Of a stretch of 64,000 nt of DNA, positions 1 through 64,000 are shown piece by piece (the first letter of the stretch is position 1; the number at the start of each line of letters is the position of its first letter). Location of the stretch: NCBI RefSeq assembly GCF_009914755.1, contig NC_060941.1; one strand, given 5' to 3'. Under the pieces are notes generated by a model. That model made no database searches and was not told the origin of the DNA. It saw only the letters and a program-made list of their open reading frames with translations. The stretch is from the human T2T-CHM13v2.0 reference genome, Homo sapiens. The translations under genes and the position numbers were made by a program.

Positions 1-16
1 TGTTAGTAGAATCTTT

Positions 17-22
17 TTTATT
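17..22 (-). terminator. PFN1: PFN1 polyadenylation signal AATAAA
   Basis: tttatt on + strand, about 225 nt past the stop codon. Confidence 0.85.
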
Positions 23-247
23 CAGAAAAAAAAAACCCCAAAAAACAAAAGTTTTCCAACCACACACGGGAGGGATATGGGTAGGGGGAGGTGTCTGTCC
101 ATCCAGCCCTGGCCCCCAGCCCATGTGGTTTTGGCAGCAATAAGGGGTATGGGGTAATGGCCCAAAAAATAAAATGGTTTGTGTGTGTATGGGGAGGAAA
201 GGGGTGCAAAGCTGTGGGGAGCGGTGAAGGGGAAGGGACAGACGAGG

Positions 248-5000
<4,753 letters not shown>

Positions 5001-5434
5001 GTGGGGGGTCCCGTCCTTTCCCCCACTGAGGACAGAGGCCCGCCCAGCGATCTGAGCATGTGTGGACGTCAATCTTGCAGCCCCTCTTCCAGGCCCCCTC
5101 CCCAGCCTTGCAGGGCTCAGGTTACCCCTGGCCTTTCCTAAAGGTCACTCATTCCTCTTGACGTTTGCAAAAGGGGAATGTAATCCTGGGGTGGGGGGAG
5201 ACCCCTCATCTGTAGCCCCTCCCTTGCTCCTCCCAAAGGGTGGAATTAGAACAGGGACTGTTATTGGGAGACAGAAAGTGGGGGATAGTAGTTGACCTTT
5301 GGTAAGGGGGCAGGTGCCCAGGGCCAGAGGCTTCTGCTTCAGGCTGTAGTGGGCACTTGGCTGCCAGCCCAGTGTGAAGGGGGGAGGATGGAGAGAAAGA
5401 GAGGCGGGGCTGGCTGGGGACCGAGTGGCTCAGG

Positions 5435-5571
5435 GATAAATGCGCAGCCTGAGAGGGGGTGAGCTGACACTGTCCCAGCTGCCACCTAGACTCGGAGCTC
5501 CATCCAAACCTCCAGCGAAGACATCCCAGGTCGGGTGAATCTTCCAGCCCTGGGGGTGGAGGTAGTAAAGG
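5435..5571 (+). promoter_or_regulatory. ENO3: ENO3 muscle promoter and non-coding exon 1 with two donors 42 nt apart
   Basis: TATA-like GATAAAT at 5435; donors CAG|gtcggg after 5529 and AGG|gtgagc after 5571; E-box CAGCTG. Consistent with the known short and long 5'UTR forms of beta-enolase mRNA. Confidence 0.75.
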
Positions 5572-6006
5572 GTGAGCATGGTATTGGCTTGGAGGAAGTG
5601 GGGGACATTTCTGCTTTTTTTCCTCCTGGGACTGGAGATGCTTGAAAAAGCTGGGGGAAGGGGCGGCTGGAGCAAGCAGATGGGACAAACTCTGGGAACA
5701 CCGAAGGATCTAGGGAAAGGAGGCTGTGAGGAGGGCAGCAGGGATGGATAGAAAAGGGCAGCTAGAGCTGGAACCTGATAGGGAATTGGGGGCCCAAGGA
5801 GATTTCGGAGCAGGAAAATGAGAACCAGAAAGGATTTGAAGGCCACCAGCCATGGAGAACAGACTGCTTGACCAGAGGGGTGGAAGGAGAAGGCCTAAGT
5901 GGAGGCTTGGGGGAGGTGGGGGCTTGGTGAGCGGTGGCATCCCAGGAGCTATAGATAAGAGGCCCCTGGATTCTTAGGATGGGAGGGTGGAATAAGAGCT
6001 GTTCTG

Positions 6007-6067
6007 AGTGGGGGAGGGGGCTGCGCCTGCCTCTTTGGTCTGTGACCTTTTTGTAGGGTATTTTTAG
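6007..6067 (+). promoter_or_regulatory. ENO3 intron 1 muscle enhancer: G-rich box plus MEF2-like site
   Basis: AGTGGGGGAGGGGGCTGCG 6007-6025; GTATTTTTAG (rc CTAAAAATAC) 6058-6067; TGACCTT half-site in between. Matches the described beta-enolase intron 1 enhancer architecture. Confidence 0.75.
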
Positions 6068-6176
6068 CTCCAGCACCTGCCTTCTTGGAGTGGGGAAGAA
6101 TCTTAAAGGGCAAGGGATTTCTGGTTCCTTAAGAGATCAACTGTCTACACTCACTCACACCTCCTGTCCTGCAGCC

Positions 6177-11361
<5,185 letters not shown>

Positions 11362-11421
11362 GAAGCTGGAGGCTCCAGGACTCCACTGGACAGACCCAGG
11401 TCTTCCAGACCTGCTTCCTGA

Positions 11422-11427
11422 AATAAA
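11422..11427 (+). terminator. ENO3: ENO3 polyadenylation signal AATAAA
   Basis: aataaa 60 nt after the TGA, followed by a GT-rich downstream element. Confidence 0.9.
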
Positions 11428-11660
11428 CACTGGTGCCAACCAAGACAGCTGTGTGCTTCTTTGTGGGAGCTAGGGGATGCTGGTTTCTGGGCTGAGCTGG
11501 GGAAAACAGGAGGTGGCGAGATGGGGGCGGGGAGGGGAGGCAAATAGATATGTAACCTGCTAGGACAAAGAGGAGGTGAGGGACTCACAGAGGAAGCTGG
11601 GTGGTTCTAGAACAACAGAGGTGTTCACATTTCCAAAGGAGGTAGGGGAAGCAGATGCTA

Positions 11661-13452
<1,792 letters not shown>

Positions 13453-13553
13453 TTATGCTGTTCAACTGAAAATTATTCCCCTTCTTCTCTACCAGTGGTT
13501 CCAGGACCCACCTTTCTGTGTATAAACAAACCAGGACATTGGGTTAAACAGTA

Positions 13554-13559
13554 TTTATT
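13554..13559 (-). terminator. SPAG7: SPAG7 polyadenylation signal AATAAA
   Basis: tttatt on + strand, about 290 nt past the stop codon. Confidence 0.85.
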
Positions 13560-13846
13560 GAATGTAAAGTACCCCAGCCCCATGGGGAAGAAAATTCCAA
13601 GAACGGGGAATAATACAGATTAAATACCCACCTGTGCATTCACACTCTCACACACACACACACATGCCACGCACATATCCAAGCTCCAACGGTGACAAAT
13701 CAAACACCTGTTTTCCCCCAGCCTGAGGGACAGCTGGTAGGAGGTGGTTCAGAGGTGGGGCTCCAGGATGGGCTCTAATAGCAGCAGCCTTGTCTCTCCC
13801 TGCCCCCTGCCCTGCCCCAGGGGTCAAAGGGAGCTGGGCGGGGCGC

Positions 13847-22128
<8,282 letters not shown>

Positions 22129-22333
22129 CTTGGGAGTGACTGAGAGGGGGCGGTGCGTCTTAAAGGGAAGGGCGGAATGCCTTTAAGGCCGGAAACACGT
22201 CGGAGGCGGAAAACCCTGGGCCCGCCTGGCCTGGGCGCAGATCCCAGGCCCGCGGTGCATGGCGGCCTCCAGCTGGCCTAGGCCCCGCCCCGCCCCCGCA
22301 GACAGAGGCCGGAGGCTGGCTGGTGCAGCGATG

Positions 22334-22339
22334 TTTAAT
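22334..22339 (-). terminator. CAMTA2: CAMTA2 polyadenylation signal ATTAAA
   Basis: tttaat on + strand; the only canonical-type hexamer I saw at the end of the ~750-nt 3'UTR. Confidence 0.7.
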
Positions 22340-23079
22340 GGCAATTCGTATAAACCAAGCCCATGCACAAGTAGAAAGTGCCCGTGGAGCCGGCAGGAGG
22401 CCCCCGCCGCGCTAGAGAACCACAAGCCCGGCCGTGCAGCCCTCCCCGCGGCGCCTTAAATAGATTCTTCACTATACTCTGTATGTTACAGTATGTACAA
22501 GACCCCTCCCCTCGGGGGACGGGGCGGACTCCGCAACGCGTTCCTATGTACACCACCTCCCCTTCGGCCCTGAGGTCAGTGGCCAGAGTCGGGTGATGGG
22601 GTAAGACAGGGCCAGAGAGGGAGGAAACAGACGCAAACATGCGGAGTCGGGTGGGGACACGGTCAGCCCTGAAACACGAGGGGCGTGCGCAGCGAAGGCA
22701 GTGGTGGGAACCGAGGCGGATACATTCAGAGACGCGTCGAACAAATAAATAAGGCAAGTCAGGAGGGGGCCGAGTCGGGTGCAGGCAGGAGGAGCTGGGG
22801 AGCAGGGGCAGGCAGGGCTCCGGAGGTCACAGCGGAAGATGCAGGTATGTGGGGCGCGGGTTTTCTGGAGCCAGGACCAAAAGAGACGGGGCACGACCAG
22901 GAGGGACGAGGAGAGGGGTGTGGGAGCAAGGCGTGGGGAGGAGGGAGGAGGCCTACAGAGGGCTCCAACAAAGGTGAACAGGAAAGCTGCCGACAGGGGC
23001 TCCCCCTGCCCCAGAAAGCCCTCTCCCTGTTAAGACTGCACGAGGCGCCCCCAGGGTGGTGAGAAAGGCGGTGGCCAGG

Positions 23080-40552
<17,473 letters not shown>

Positions 40553-41283
40553 GGTGAGGGCTCCAGGGGGCAAGGTCACCCCCGGCCTGAGGGGCCGGGG
40601 GGAGGGGGAGTCTGTGCTGGGAAGGGAGAGAACAAGGTCATGGCAGAAGCCCCCACATTAATCCAGGATGAGAAGTATGAGGTAGGGAGTGGGTATAGAA
40701 CTGGGTCATAGTATCTGGGAAGGATGAGGAAAGGGAGGGAGGGGCTGACTGTGATGTGACAGTAGAAGAGAGAACAACACACGGTGCCCGGAGCCAATAT
40801 GAGTGAGCAGACTGGACAGGAAGAGTGAGCAGGAAGAAATGGGTTGGGGTGGGGGAGCGGGGAGAAGACTGGCAGGGCTTGGGCCTCAGAGGCCCTAAAC
40901 CTTGAGCTTTTGCACAGACTGGGGCTATGGTTGGGTCAGGTCCTGGGGGTTGGGACTCAGGCCATCCGGTCCTTGGAGGATGGTTTGGGAAGAGAGCCTG
41001 GATCCTGGGGGCAGGGCAGGAGATTCTACCTCCGGTAGAAGCTAGGCCTTTAGAAGACACGCCCTGAGTTCCTTCTCTGTTTGATTTTTCCAAGGGGAAG
41101 GGCAGATCTGATAACTGAACCTAACCTATTCTCTCCTCCAGGTTGGTTAGGACCTGATAGAATCTGGGCCAGACACCCAGATTCCCACCCTCAGGACAAC
41201 CCACCCTCCGGCTGACAGCCCTCTCTACGTAGCTCCCTCTCCCCAAACGCCTCTGCCTCCCCTGGCCTCCAGGCCTAGCCTAC

Positions 41284-42400
41284 CCCATCTACCGCTCTGG
41301 CTCCAGCCTGAGCCCCCCGCCCTCCTCGGGGAACAGATGGGAGCTGGCGGAGGCTCTCAGCACGGGCTCCGCCAGGTGTCCAGGATGGAGATGGGAGGAG
41401 GCCCGTCGGGCTCGGCTATGTGCAGTGAAGCTGGGGTTGGGGTAAGGACTCCGCCCCAGGGCGCAGGTGCGCAGTCCTGGCTAGGCAGCCTGCCAGGGTG
41501 CGGAGCGGGAGCGGGTCCTTGGGCTGCACTTGGGCGGCGCCGGATCGGACGCTTGGCACTCTGGGCGGCCCCCCGGCGGAGTGGTGGTCCCAGGAGAACC
41601 TCCGAGGTGGGAGGGTCCCGCCCGCATAGAGGGATGTTCTGGAGAAGCCGGGAGCAGAGTCCGCGGGCACGCGGTGGGCGAGGGACAGTGCAGGTGCCGG
41701 GTGCGGGGGTCTCCGGGACAGTCCCCGGCACGCGCTGGTCCGCCGTGGGGCCCTGCGGTGAGCGGCGCCCCCTGGCGCGGGGGAGGAGGACGGAAGCGGG
41801 AGGTGAGGGCGAACCGGGAAGAGGGACGGTGGTCCCTGGCGCGGCGCTCCGCGTCGGGACCTGGAGGAGCTGCGCCCCCTGGCGCGGGGGCGGAGAGGCG
41901 GGCGAGAGGCCCTGGCTCTTACCTCCCGGGGTCCCGCGGGTGACGGCGGCAGCGGCCATTCTACCCCACACCGACCCCCCCCCAGCGCCGGCTGACAGCG
42001 GCGTCTAACGTCACTGCGCACGGGGCGGGGCCTCCCAATTAAGGGGATGAGGGTCAGGAAGGGAACCTGGGGTCAGCACACGTGGAGTTCTGGGTGGGGC
42101 GCTGGGCAGAGGGACTCGGCTTCTAGGACTCTGAGCCAGGCCGAGGGACAGACTGCTGGGAAGTCCCCAAAAGGGCAGCAGCACTGAGGGGCAGGATTCC
42201 AGGGTCCTGGAGGCGGAAGCTCGGCCGACTGACTCCCAGTTCGAGAGAACGGGGCGGGGGCAGCCCACCAGTGCTGGAACCCGAGGGGCCGGGCGAGGAA
42301 CGCTGGACTGGGAGCAGGACCCTTCTCGCCTCGGACAAGACTCCTTGTCTGGGGACCCAGCCCGACTTCATTGTAGCTGGGTCCTCGAGAAAGCGAAAGG
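41284..42400 (-). promoter_or_regulatory. CAMTA2: CAMTA2 CpG-island promoter with alternative first exons
   Basis: Donors GAG|gtaaga after 41923 and ATGGG|gtaggc after 41284; CRE-like TGACGTTA 42006-42013; GC box. Confidence 0.8.
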
Positions 42401-42475
42401 AGCCCTCCTTCCCCATTGGCCTCTCCATCGCTGCATCCCAAGAAGAAAGACAACTCGGGCTCCACTTGCTTGCTT

Positions 42476-42481
42476 TTTAAT
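42476..42481 (-). terminator. INCA1: INCA1 polyadenylation signal ATTAAA
   Basis: tttaat on + strand, about 255 nt past the stop codon. Confidence 0.7.
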
Positions 42482-42735
42482 AACAGAGCAGAGAGAATAC
42501 AAGGCCAGGAGCGGGGCCTGGAGGAAAACAGGACTTGGGGTGCTCCTGTGAGAGCGGTGGGTTGAGATGGGAGCCCACGGGGGCTGTTAATGCCTAGTTC
42601 AGAGGATGGGAAAGGCAGTTGGAGAGACGAAGGAAGGGGAAACGCCTTCATGTCAGCAATGAGGGTGACTCTAGTGACGGAACTAGTCTTGGGTCCCTGG
42701 GGCACCACTAGCCTCTCGGCATTGGTGGTTTCTCC

Positions 42736-51015
<8,280 letters not shown>

Positions 51016-51239
51016 GAATACTAGATAAGTTAGGAGAGAGTGCACATAGGCTCCCGAAGGACAGAAGCAGCCAGCTGGAACTGTAGAGGTGAACTAGTAT
51101 TTATCCAAGGGAACTAGGGATGGGCTGGGAAAGCAGGTGAGGTCAAAAGCGGAGAGAAGTATACCGTGCGGAAGCGGCAGATGGGGCTAGTTGGAGTTGG
51201 GCTGAAAGGGCCTAAAGTGGGGTCTAAAGGGGATGTCCT

Positions 51240-52800
51240 GACTCGGAGGGGGGTCAGCAGAACGCGAGGGAGCAGCGGGAGCTGCGGGGCATTCGGGCCT
51301 CAGATAGTTGGGTCCAAGCGGGTGACCTAGATCCAAGGGCAGGATGGAGCTGAAGGAAGCCAGGAAGGATCCTCCACAGTTGACTTCGGGGTAGCCACGG
51401 CCTGCGCCTGCGAGGGTGGATGAGGACCCGAGGGTCCGGCTGGGGCTGAGGGGCTGCCTGGAGCCCCGCTGGAGGGAAGCGCCGGGCCGGAGGGCGCGGC
51501 CTGCGCCTGAAAGGGCGACGGGGACCCTCGACAGGTGGACCGGGCGTGGCCGGACCTTCCGGGCAGCCCCGCCCGAGGGCACGACTGGGGGCTGCTTCCC
51601 TCGAGAGGGGCCCTGAGGTGGTGGGCCCAGGCTGAAGGGCAGGCTGGGGCCTGAGGGGCGCCCCGGGTCTGAGAGGGCAGCTCCGGCCTTAGGCGGCACC
51701 CGGGCCTGAAGGGGTTGTTTGGGCCTCAGGCGGCGTCCAGGGCGGCCGAACTTGAGGGCCAGGCGGGGACAGAGCGCCCGAGTAGCCGCGCCACGGCCGG
51801 CCGCACTTGGCCCCAGCACCTGAAGCAGCTGCGCGGCGAATTCTAGAACTCGGCGGGGCGGGGAGGAGAGAGACGGCGATTCGAGCCGCGGGAGGAGCCG
51901 GCGGGCGGTGCTCGTCTGAGGGCGGGGCCTGAGCGGAGCCACCTTCTGGGCGGGCCTCGGCAGGAGGCTCCGCCCCCTGGACGCGCCTCCAACGGCGGCG
52001 ACGGGAACTGGGCCGGGGCCTGGGTGCCCCCGCGGGTCAGCCCCCGACGTTTCCCTGTTCCTCAGGCGTCTGCAACCCTCCTGGGTTGCGGCGTCTGCTC
52101 GCCCTTCTGCGTCCGCAGCTCGGTCCCCACGTTCCCGCTCGCTGGGCCCCACAGGCCAGGAGCGTTGCCCCTTTAACAAGAGTAGCCCGGGTCGCTCCCG
52201 GCTCCTTCCCGGGACCGCGCGTACCCGCCCCTCCGCGCGCGCTCGCGCGTCCCCCGCCCCTCGCTCCCGCCCCAGCTCGCGCTGCCCGGGCGGGCGCCGG
52301 CCGCTGGCGCCGCTACTGCTGCCGCCCCCGGGGCGCGAGTCCGCCGCCCGCCGCCCGGGCACCCGGCGAGGGGCGGGGGCAGCTCCGAACCGGCCCCAGA
52401 TCCTTCCCGCTTCCGCCTCACGCTTCCCGGAAAGCTTGTCCCTCTCCGCCGAGCTGCTCCGGGAGCCCCGCCGCGCCGAGGTGAGGGCTGGGGAAGGGGG
52501 AGGGAAGGGACGCCCGCGGAGGAATGTGCCGGGTTGGGGGGCGGGGAGCCGGGGTCCGGCGGCGCGATCTAGGCTCAAGAGTCGGGATCATGTGCTGTTT
52601 GTTCCGCGGAGGCGCAGAGAGGTGCCAGGCCCGGGCGGCCGCCGGCTGGCTGGACAGGAGGACGGGTCCGCATGGCCGCCCTGAGAGGCCGGGCGGGGAC
52701 CTGTGTGAGAACCGCCGGGTGGGCAAGGTGCAGGTGGCCCAAGACCCCCTTTCGGGCCGGTCGGCCCCACCCCAGCCGCCCAGTATCCTCCTTGTACCCC
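51240..52800. promoter_or_regulatory. Bidirectional CpG-island promoter of INCA1 (-) and KIF1C (+)
   Basis: CpG dense with GC boxes; KIF1C exon 1 donor GAG|gtgagg after 52480; plausible INCA1 exon 1 donor CAG|gtgctg after 51820 (-). Confidence 0.85.
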
Positions 52801-54173
52801 ACGGCTCCTTCACAGCTGCACCGGCCGACCCCTGTCCCTACCTCTATTCCCTTACCCCGCTGGCCCCCAGCCGTGCCACCCCATCCCTGTCCCATTAGCT
52901 GCAGCAACGGCGTCACCATCGCTTGTCCCCACCAGTGTCCTTCCCTCCCCTGGTCAGGGTCTAGGGGGTCAGGGCTGTTCTTCCTGAGCCAGCTTCTGTG
53001 ATTCCAGCTATTCCCTTCCTGTCCTGGGACAGACCAGCCCCTCACCCTCCCATGCTCTGCCCAGGAAGACTGGTGAGGGGAGGCCCAGCGTGACAGGAGT
53101 TTGGGGTCCACTGGGGCCACAGGAGGGGGCTCCGCATCCCTTATCCTTCGTGGTCCTCCTCCCTGTTGTCCGTGGGCGTGGGCTGCTCAGCCTCTCCTCC
53201 CAGGGTGTGGGCACCCGATCACCCACATTCCTGGGCTCCAGCCTGGCACCTTCCCCAGGGCAGTGGACGCCATAGCACTAGCCCCAGGTTGGGGCTGGCA
53301 CCAGCCAGCCGGCTTCCTTTTCTTTCTCCCTTTTAGGGAGGCCCCAGGGACCCTCTACCCTCAAACACAGGTATTTCTGGGCGCCCCAAGGGTGGAGCCC
53401 TGAGGGTTGGTCTGATGGCTACAGGATGACCCCACCCTCCCCTGCTCATTGTCCCGGATCCTGAGGAGGAAGTGCTGGGGGCTGGGCAAGGGGCTTAGAG
53501 CCCACACAGCTGGCCCTGTGGATCCCAGTCCTGGGCCCTACCTACAGTCCTTGGACTTTGCCCATCTGCACTACTGGCCTGGTGCATGGAGGTTGTGGGC
53601 CTCAGGTGGAAACTAGATTCTCCCTTGCCGACACTGTGGGGGAATTTGAGGACAGGTTTTGCATTTGCAGTTTCCTCTCTGGTCTCTCTTCTGGGCTCCC
53701 AGTTTGTGCTTTGGCGCCGGAGTTCCCCACCCTGTCTCTTTAACACCGTGTGTTTGCTGTGCTGTGTCTCTTCCTCCTTTCCTCTCCCATTCTTTCCTTC
53801 ATAGCATGACCTCAGGCTTGCCTTTTGTCTTATTTCTCTAATTTTCTTGGTGTCTGTGACTCTCTGCCCCTCCTCTCTCTCTTCCCACCACCCTCACGTC
53901 TCTGCCCATGTGCCCCTCTCTCTGAATTGCCCTCTGTCCAGCCTCTTTCTCTCTCTGTCCTCTATCTGAACGTTCAGTACATTTGCAAGTGACAAGGAAT
54001 AAAAATATCACCGTCCCTGCCCTTGGATTCACATTGCATTCAGCCACTCTAGAGGGGCAGCTGTCCGTACTTTTCCTGCTATTCCCCCCGTAACCTTGGC
54101 CCTCCAACCTGGGAACCCCAGACGGGTCTCTGGAACCACAGGTGCCTTCTAACAACTCTTCCCCCGCAATCAG

Positions 54174-54294
54174 GGTATCTCCCAGAGCCCCAGCTGGTGT
54201 GGCCAGGCCCCAGGAGTAGGATGGGGCTCCCCCTACGAGGGCCGGTGGCAGCCAGAACTGATACAGCCCCCCTGGTCTGGGGCCAGGACGCCAG
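54174..54294 (+). other. KIF1C: KIF1C non-coding 5'UTR exon 2
   Basis: Acceptor cccccgcaatcag and donor CAG|gtaact, lying between exon 1 and the ATG exon (acceptor at 54544). Confidence 0.75.
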
Positions 54295-54456
54295 GTAACT
54301 GGGGGAGACCGCCCAGGTTCCTGCAAGCTGGAATATGGCTGGGGAGAGAGGCAGAAATACCTTTGGGAGTCTCTCAAGACAGTGACATTTGGGAGGAAAG
54401 CCAAGGGAATAAGAGCTGGGTCCTTGAGAGGCTGGGTGGCTCTGGGGGAGATGTGA

Positions 54457-61893
<7,437 letters not shown>

Positions 61894-62659
61894 TAGAGAG
61901 CTCTCTGGATGCCTAGAAAAGAGGCAGCAGGTGCAGGGTAGTGAGTGCTGTCCCTGATCGCTCCCTTTGAGGTCCCCGGCTTGTCCCTCCATCATTTCTG
62001 TCCCCTCCCCTGCCACCTCCTCTCCGTCTTGTTTAGTCATCCCTGCCTTCTCCCTTCAGCCATTCAACAGTCAGCCTCAGGAGAGGGAGAGGACCTGGGA
62101 AATCGGAGGTTGGTTGCAATAGAGCATGCTTTTGTATCATTTGAGTTTTGTATTCTGTGCATGCTCAAAAAGATAACTAAAGAAATCTATTTTTCAGAAG
62201 GATAACTTGGGAAGACAAGACTAAAGGGAATAGAGGAGGCATGAGCACTACATTGTAAGACAGTGGTTGCCAGTGCAGCGAGGGGTTGGTTATAGATGGA
62301 GGCACCCGTGTAGCTTGGAGCTATGCTGCAACTGGTTTCCTGGAGAAGGTGGTTTGGAAAGTGGAACCTGAAAGATGGACAGGACTTGGGAAGTATGGAG
62401 GAGTAGGGCCAACATGAGGTTGAAGAGCCTGGGGTACATGTTGGGGTGAGTGGGACACGCCAGTGCCTGACACGTGCCTGCCGCCAGGTTTTAGGTACCT
62501 AATAAATCTTTGCTGAAAGGAAGGAAGGAGCAGGGCGGGAGAGGTCAGGCTCAGGTGGAGGCAGGAATGATACTCCAAATATTAATAACCATCCGGCATA
62601 GGGACTGACCAGTCAGAAAGGACACTGGATATAGACAGCCAGCACCGCTGTACCGGTGC

Positions 62660-62721
62660 ATACCAGTGAAGGGATGGTGCAGAGGCCAGTATACCAGTGA
62701 AGGGATGGTGCAGAGGCCAGT
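62660..62721. repeat. Perfect 31-bp tandem duplication
   Basis: ataccagtgaagggatggtgcagaggccagt twice. Confidence 0.95.
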
Positions 62722-63508
62722 TTGAGCAGAGCATGAACTTCCAGTTCCACCAGGGAACCAGCCCAGCCCGTCTGGACCATGGTGTGAAGCAGCAGAGGAT
62801 CAGGCCCTAAGTCAGATACACTGTGCTCTGAGCCAGACAGTGTCACTGGGGGCTGCCTGGAAGAGGTGATGGGTTACCAGAAGAAGGCTCCTCTCTGTTT
62901 TGTAAAGTCAGGTCCATCTGGGGGACTAAGCAAGCAGGGATCACTGAACCCCTGTTCTGAAAAGAGGAGAGGGGTTTTGCCTTGCCTGGCCCAAGCCACA
63001 TTGAGGGAGTGAAAGAGCTGTGGGCGGTAGGCCAGGCTGCGTGTCTGGGGTCTTGTCTGGGGCTGGGTACCCTGGGGCTTTGGGGTCCTTCTGAGGGATC
63101 CAGACTCTTCTGGGACCCAGCCACACCTAGGTGGAAAGAGGGGCTACGGATGCGCTCAGCATGGCTTCCAGCCACCTTTGTATACCTGGAGCTGGGCCGC
63201 TTCCACCACGGTTGCAAGGATGGAGGAAAAGCAGAAAGGACTGGGGAGACTGGTGGGGTGGAGGTTTCTTCCTTGGAGAGCTTGCAGAGATGCCACCTGC
63301 CAAAGCCTGGGGACCAAAGGAGGGGGTTCTTGTTTTAATTGTTCTTATAAAGGTAATACACACCAGAGAGAACATTCTAATAGTTCTAAAAGGTGTGTAC
63401 AGTGAAAAGTCTCCAATTTACAGCATTTTGTTATAGAAAAAAAAAAAAAGTAACTCTCCATCCTTCCCACCCTTAAGTTTCCCCTCAGAGGCAGCCTTCA
63501 TTATGAGT

Positions 63509-64000
63509 TCTTTTTTTTTTTGAGACGGGGTCTTGTACTGTCACCCGGGCTGGAGTGCAACGGTGCAATCTTGGCTGACTGCAACCTCCGCCTCCTGGGT
63601 TCATACGATTCTTCTGCCTCAGCCTCCCAAGTAGCTGGGATTACAGGCGCACACCATCACACCCGGCTAATATTTTGTATTTTTAGTAGAGATGGGGTTC
63701 ACTATGTTGGCCGGAGTGGTCTTGAACTTCTGACCTCGTGATCCACCCACTTCGGAGTCCCAAAGTGCTGGGGTTACAGGTGTGAGCCACCGTGCCAGGC
63801 CCATTATGGGTTCTTACTATATTCTCCTTGGGTCGGGCCTGGTGGCTCACACCTGTAATCCTAGCACTTTGGGAGGCCAAGGCGGGTGGATCACGAGGTC
63901 AGGAGATTGAGACCATCCTGGCTAACACAGTGAAACCCCGTCTCTACTACAAATACAAAAAATTAGCCACGTGTGCTGGCGGGCGCCTGTAGTCCCAGCT
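63509..64000. mobile_element. Head-to-head Alu pair (second truncated by the window end)
   Basis: Alu (-) ~63509-63800 and Alu (+) from ~63830. Confidence 0.9.

Noticed and set aside
41337-42021. Overlapping 201-223 aa ORFs on both strands at the CAMTA2 promoter
   Set aside because: GC-island artefact; only the short segments ending at real donors (41959-41923, 41288-41284) are credible.
51187-52578. 463-aa - strand ORF, the longest in the track
   Set aside because: It lies in an extremely GC-rich CpG island, starts at a non-ATG codon, has a low-complexity R/P/G/A composition and no recognisable domain; stop-codon depletion explains it.

Overview
Human genomic DNA, recognisable from exon translations as the gene-dense 17p13.2 cluster. 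In order: PFN1 (-, complete CDS, 140 aa), ENO3 (+, complete, 434 aa), SPAG7 (-, complete, 227 aa), CAMTA2 (-, complete, 1202 aa with the 21-nt microexon; hosts the tailed mirtrons MIR6864 and MIR6865), INCA1 (-, complete, 236 aa) and the 5' part of KIF1C (+, motor domain and neck, runs off the window). All exon boundaries were read by hand and the summed CDS lengths give intact frames. There are four CpG-island promoters (two bidirectional), dozens of Alus (several nested or closely inverted), and MER44A, MER3, MER30 and MIR relics. I found no evidence of a foreign insert or a new multi-gene system. The most interesting signals not explained by the canonical gene models are RNA-level and regulatory. 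These are two stop-free, frame-preserving candidate cassette exons in CAMTA2 (132 and 171 nt); a CAMTA2 ATG that is either a uORF or the main start depending on splicing; seven same-strand CCAAT boxes in SPAG7 intron 1; an A-free minisatellite implying a distant branch point in ENO3; a junction-spanning KIF1C uORF; and a CArG/kB/GAS enhancer in PFN1 intron 1. Some of these may already be annotated; I could not check databases.
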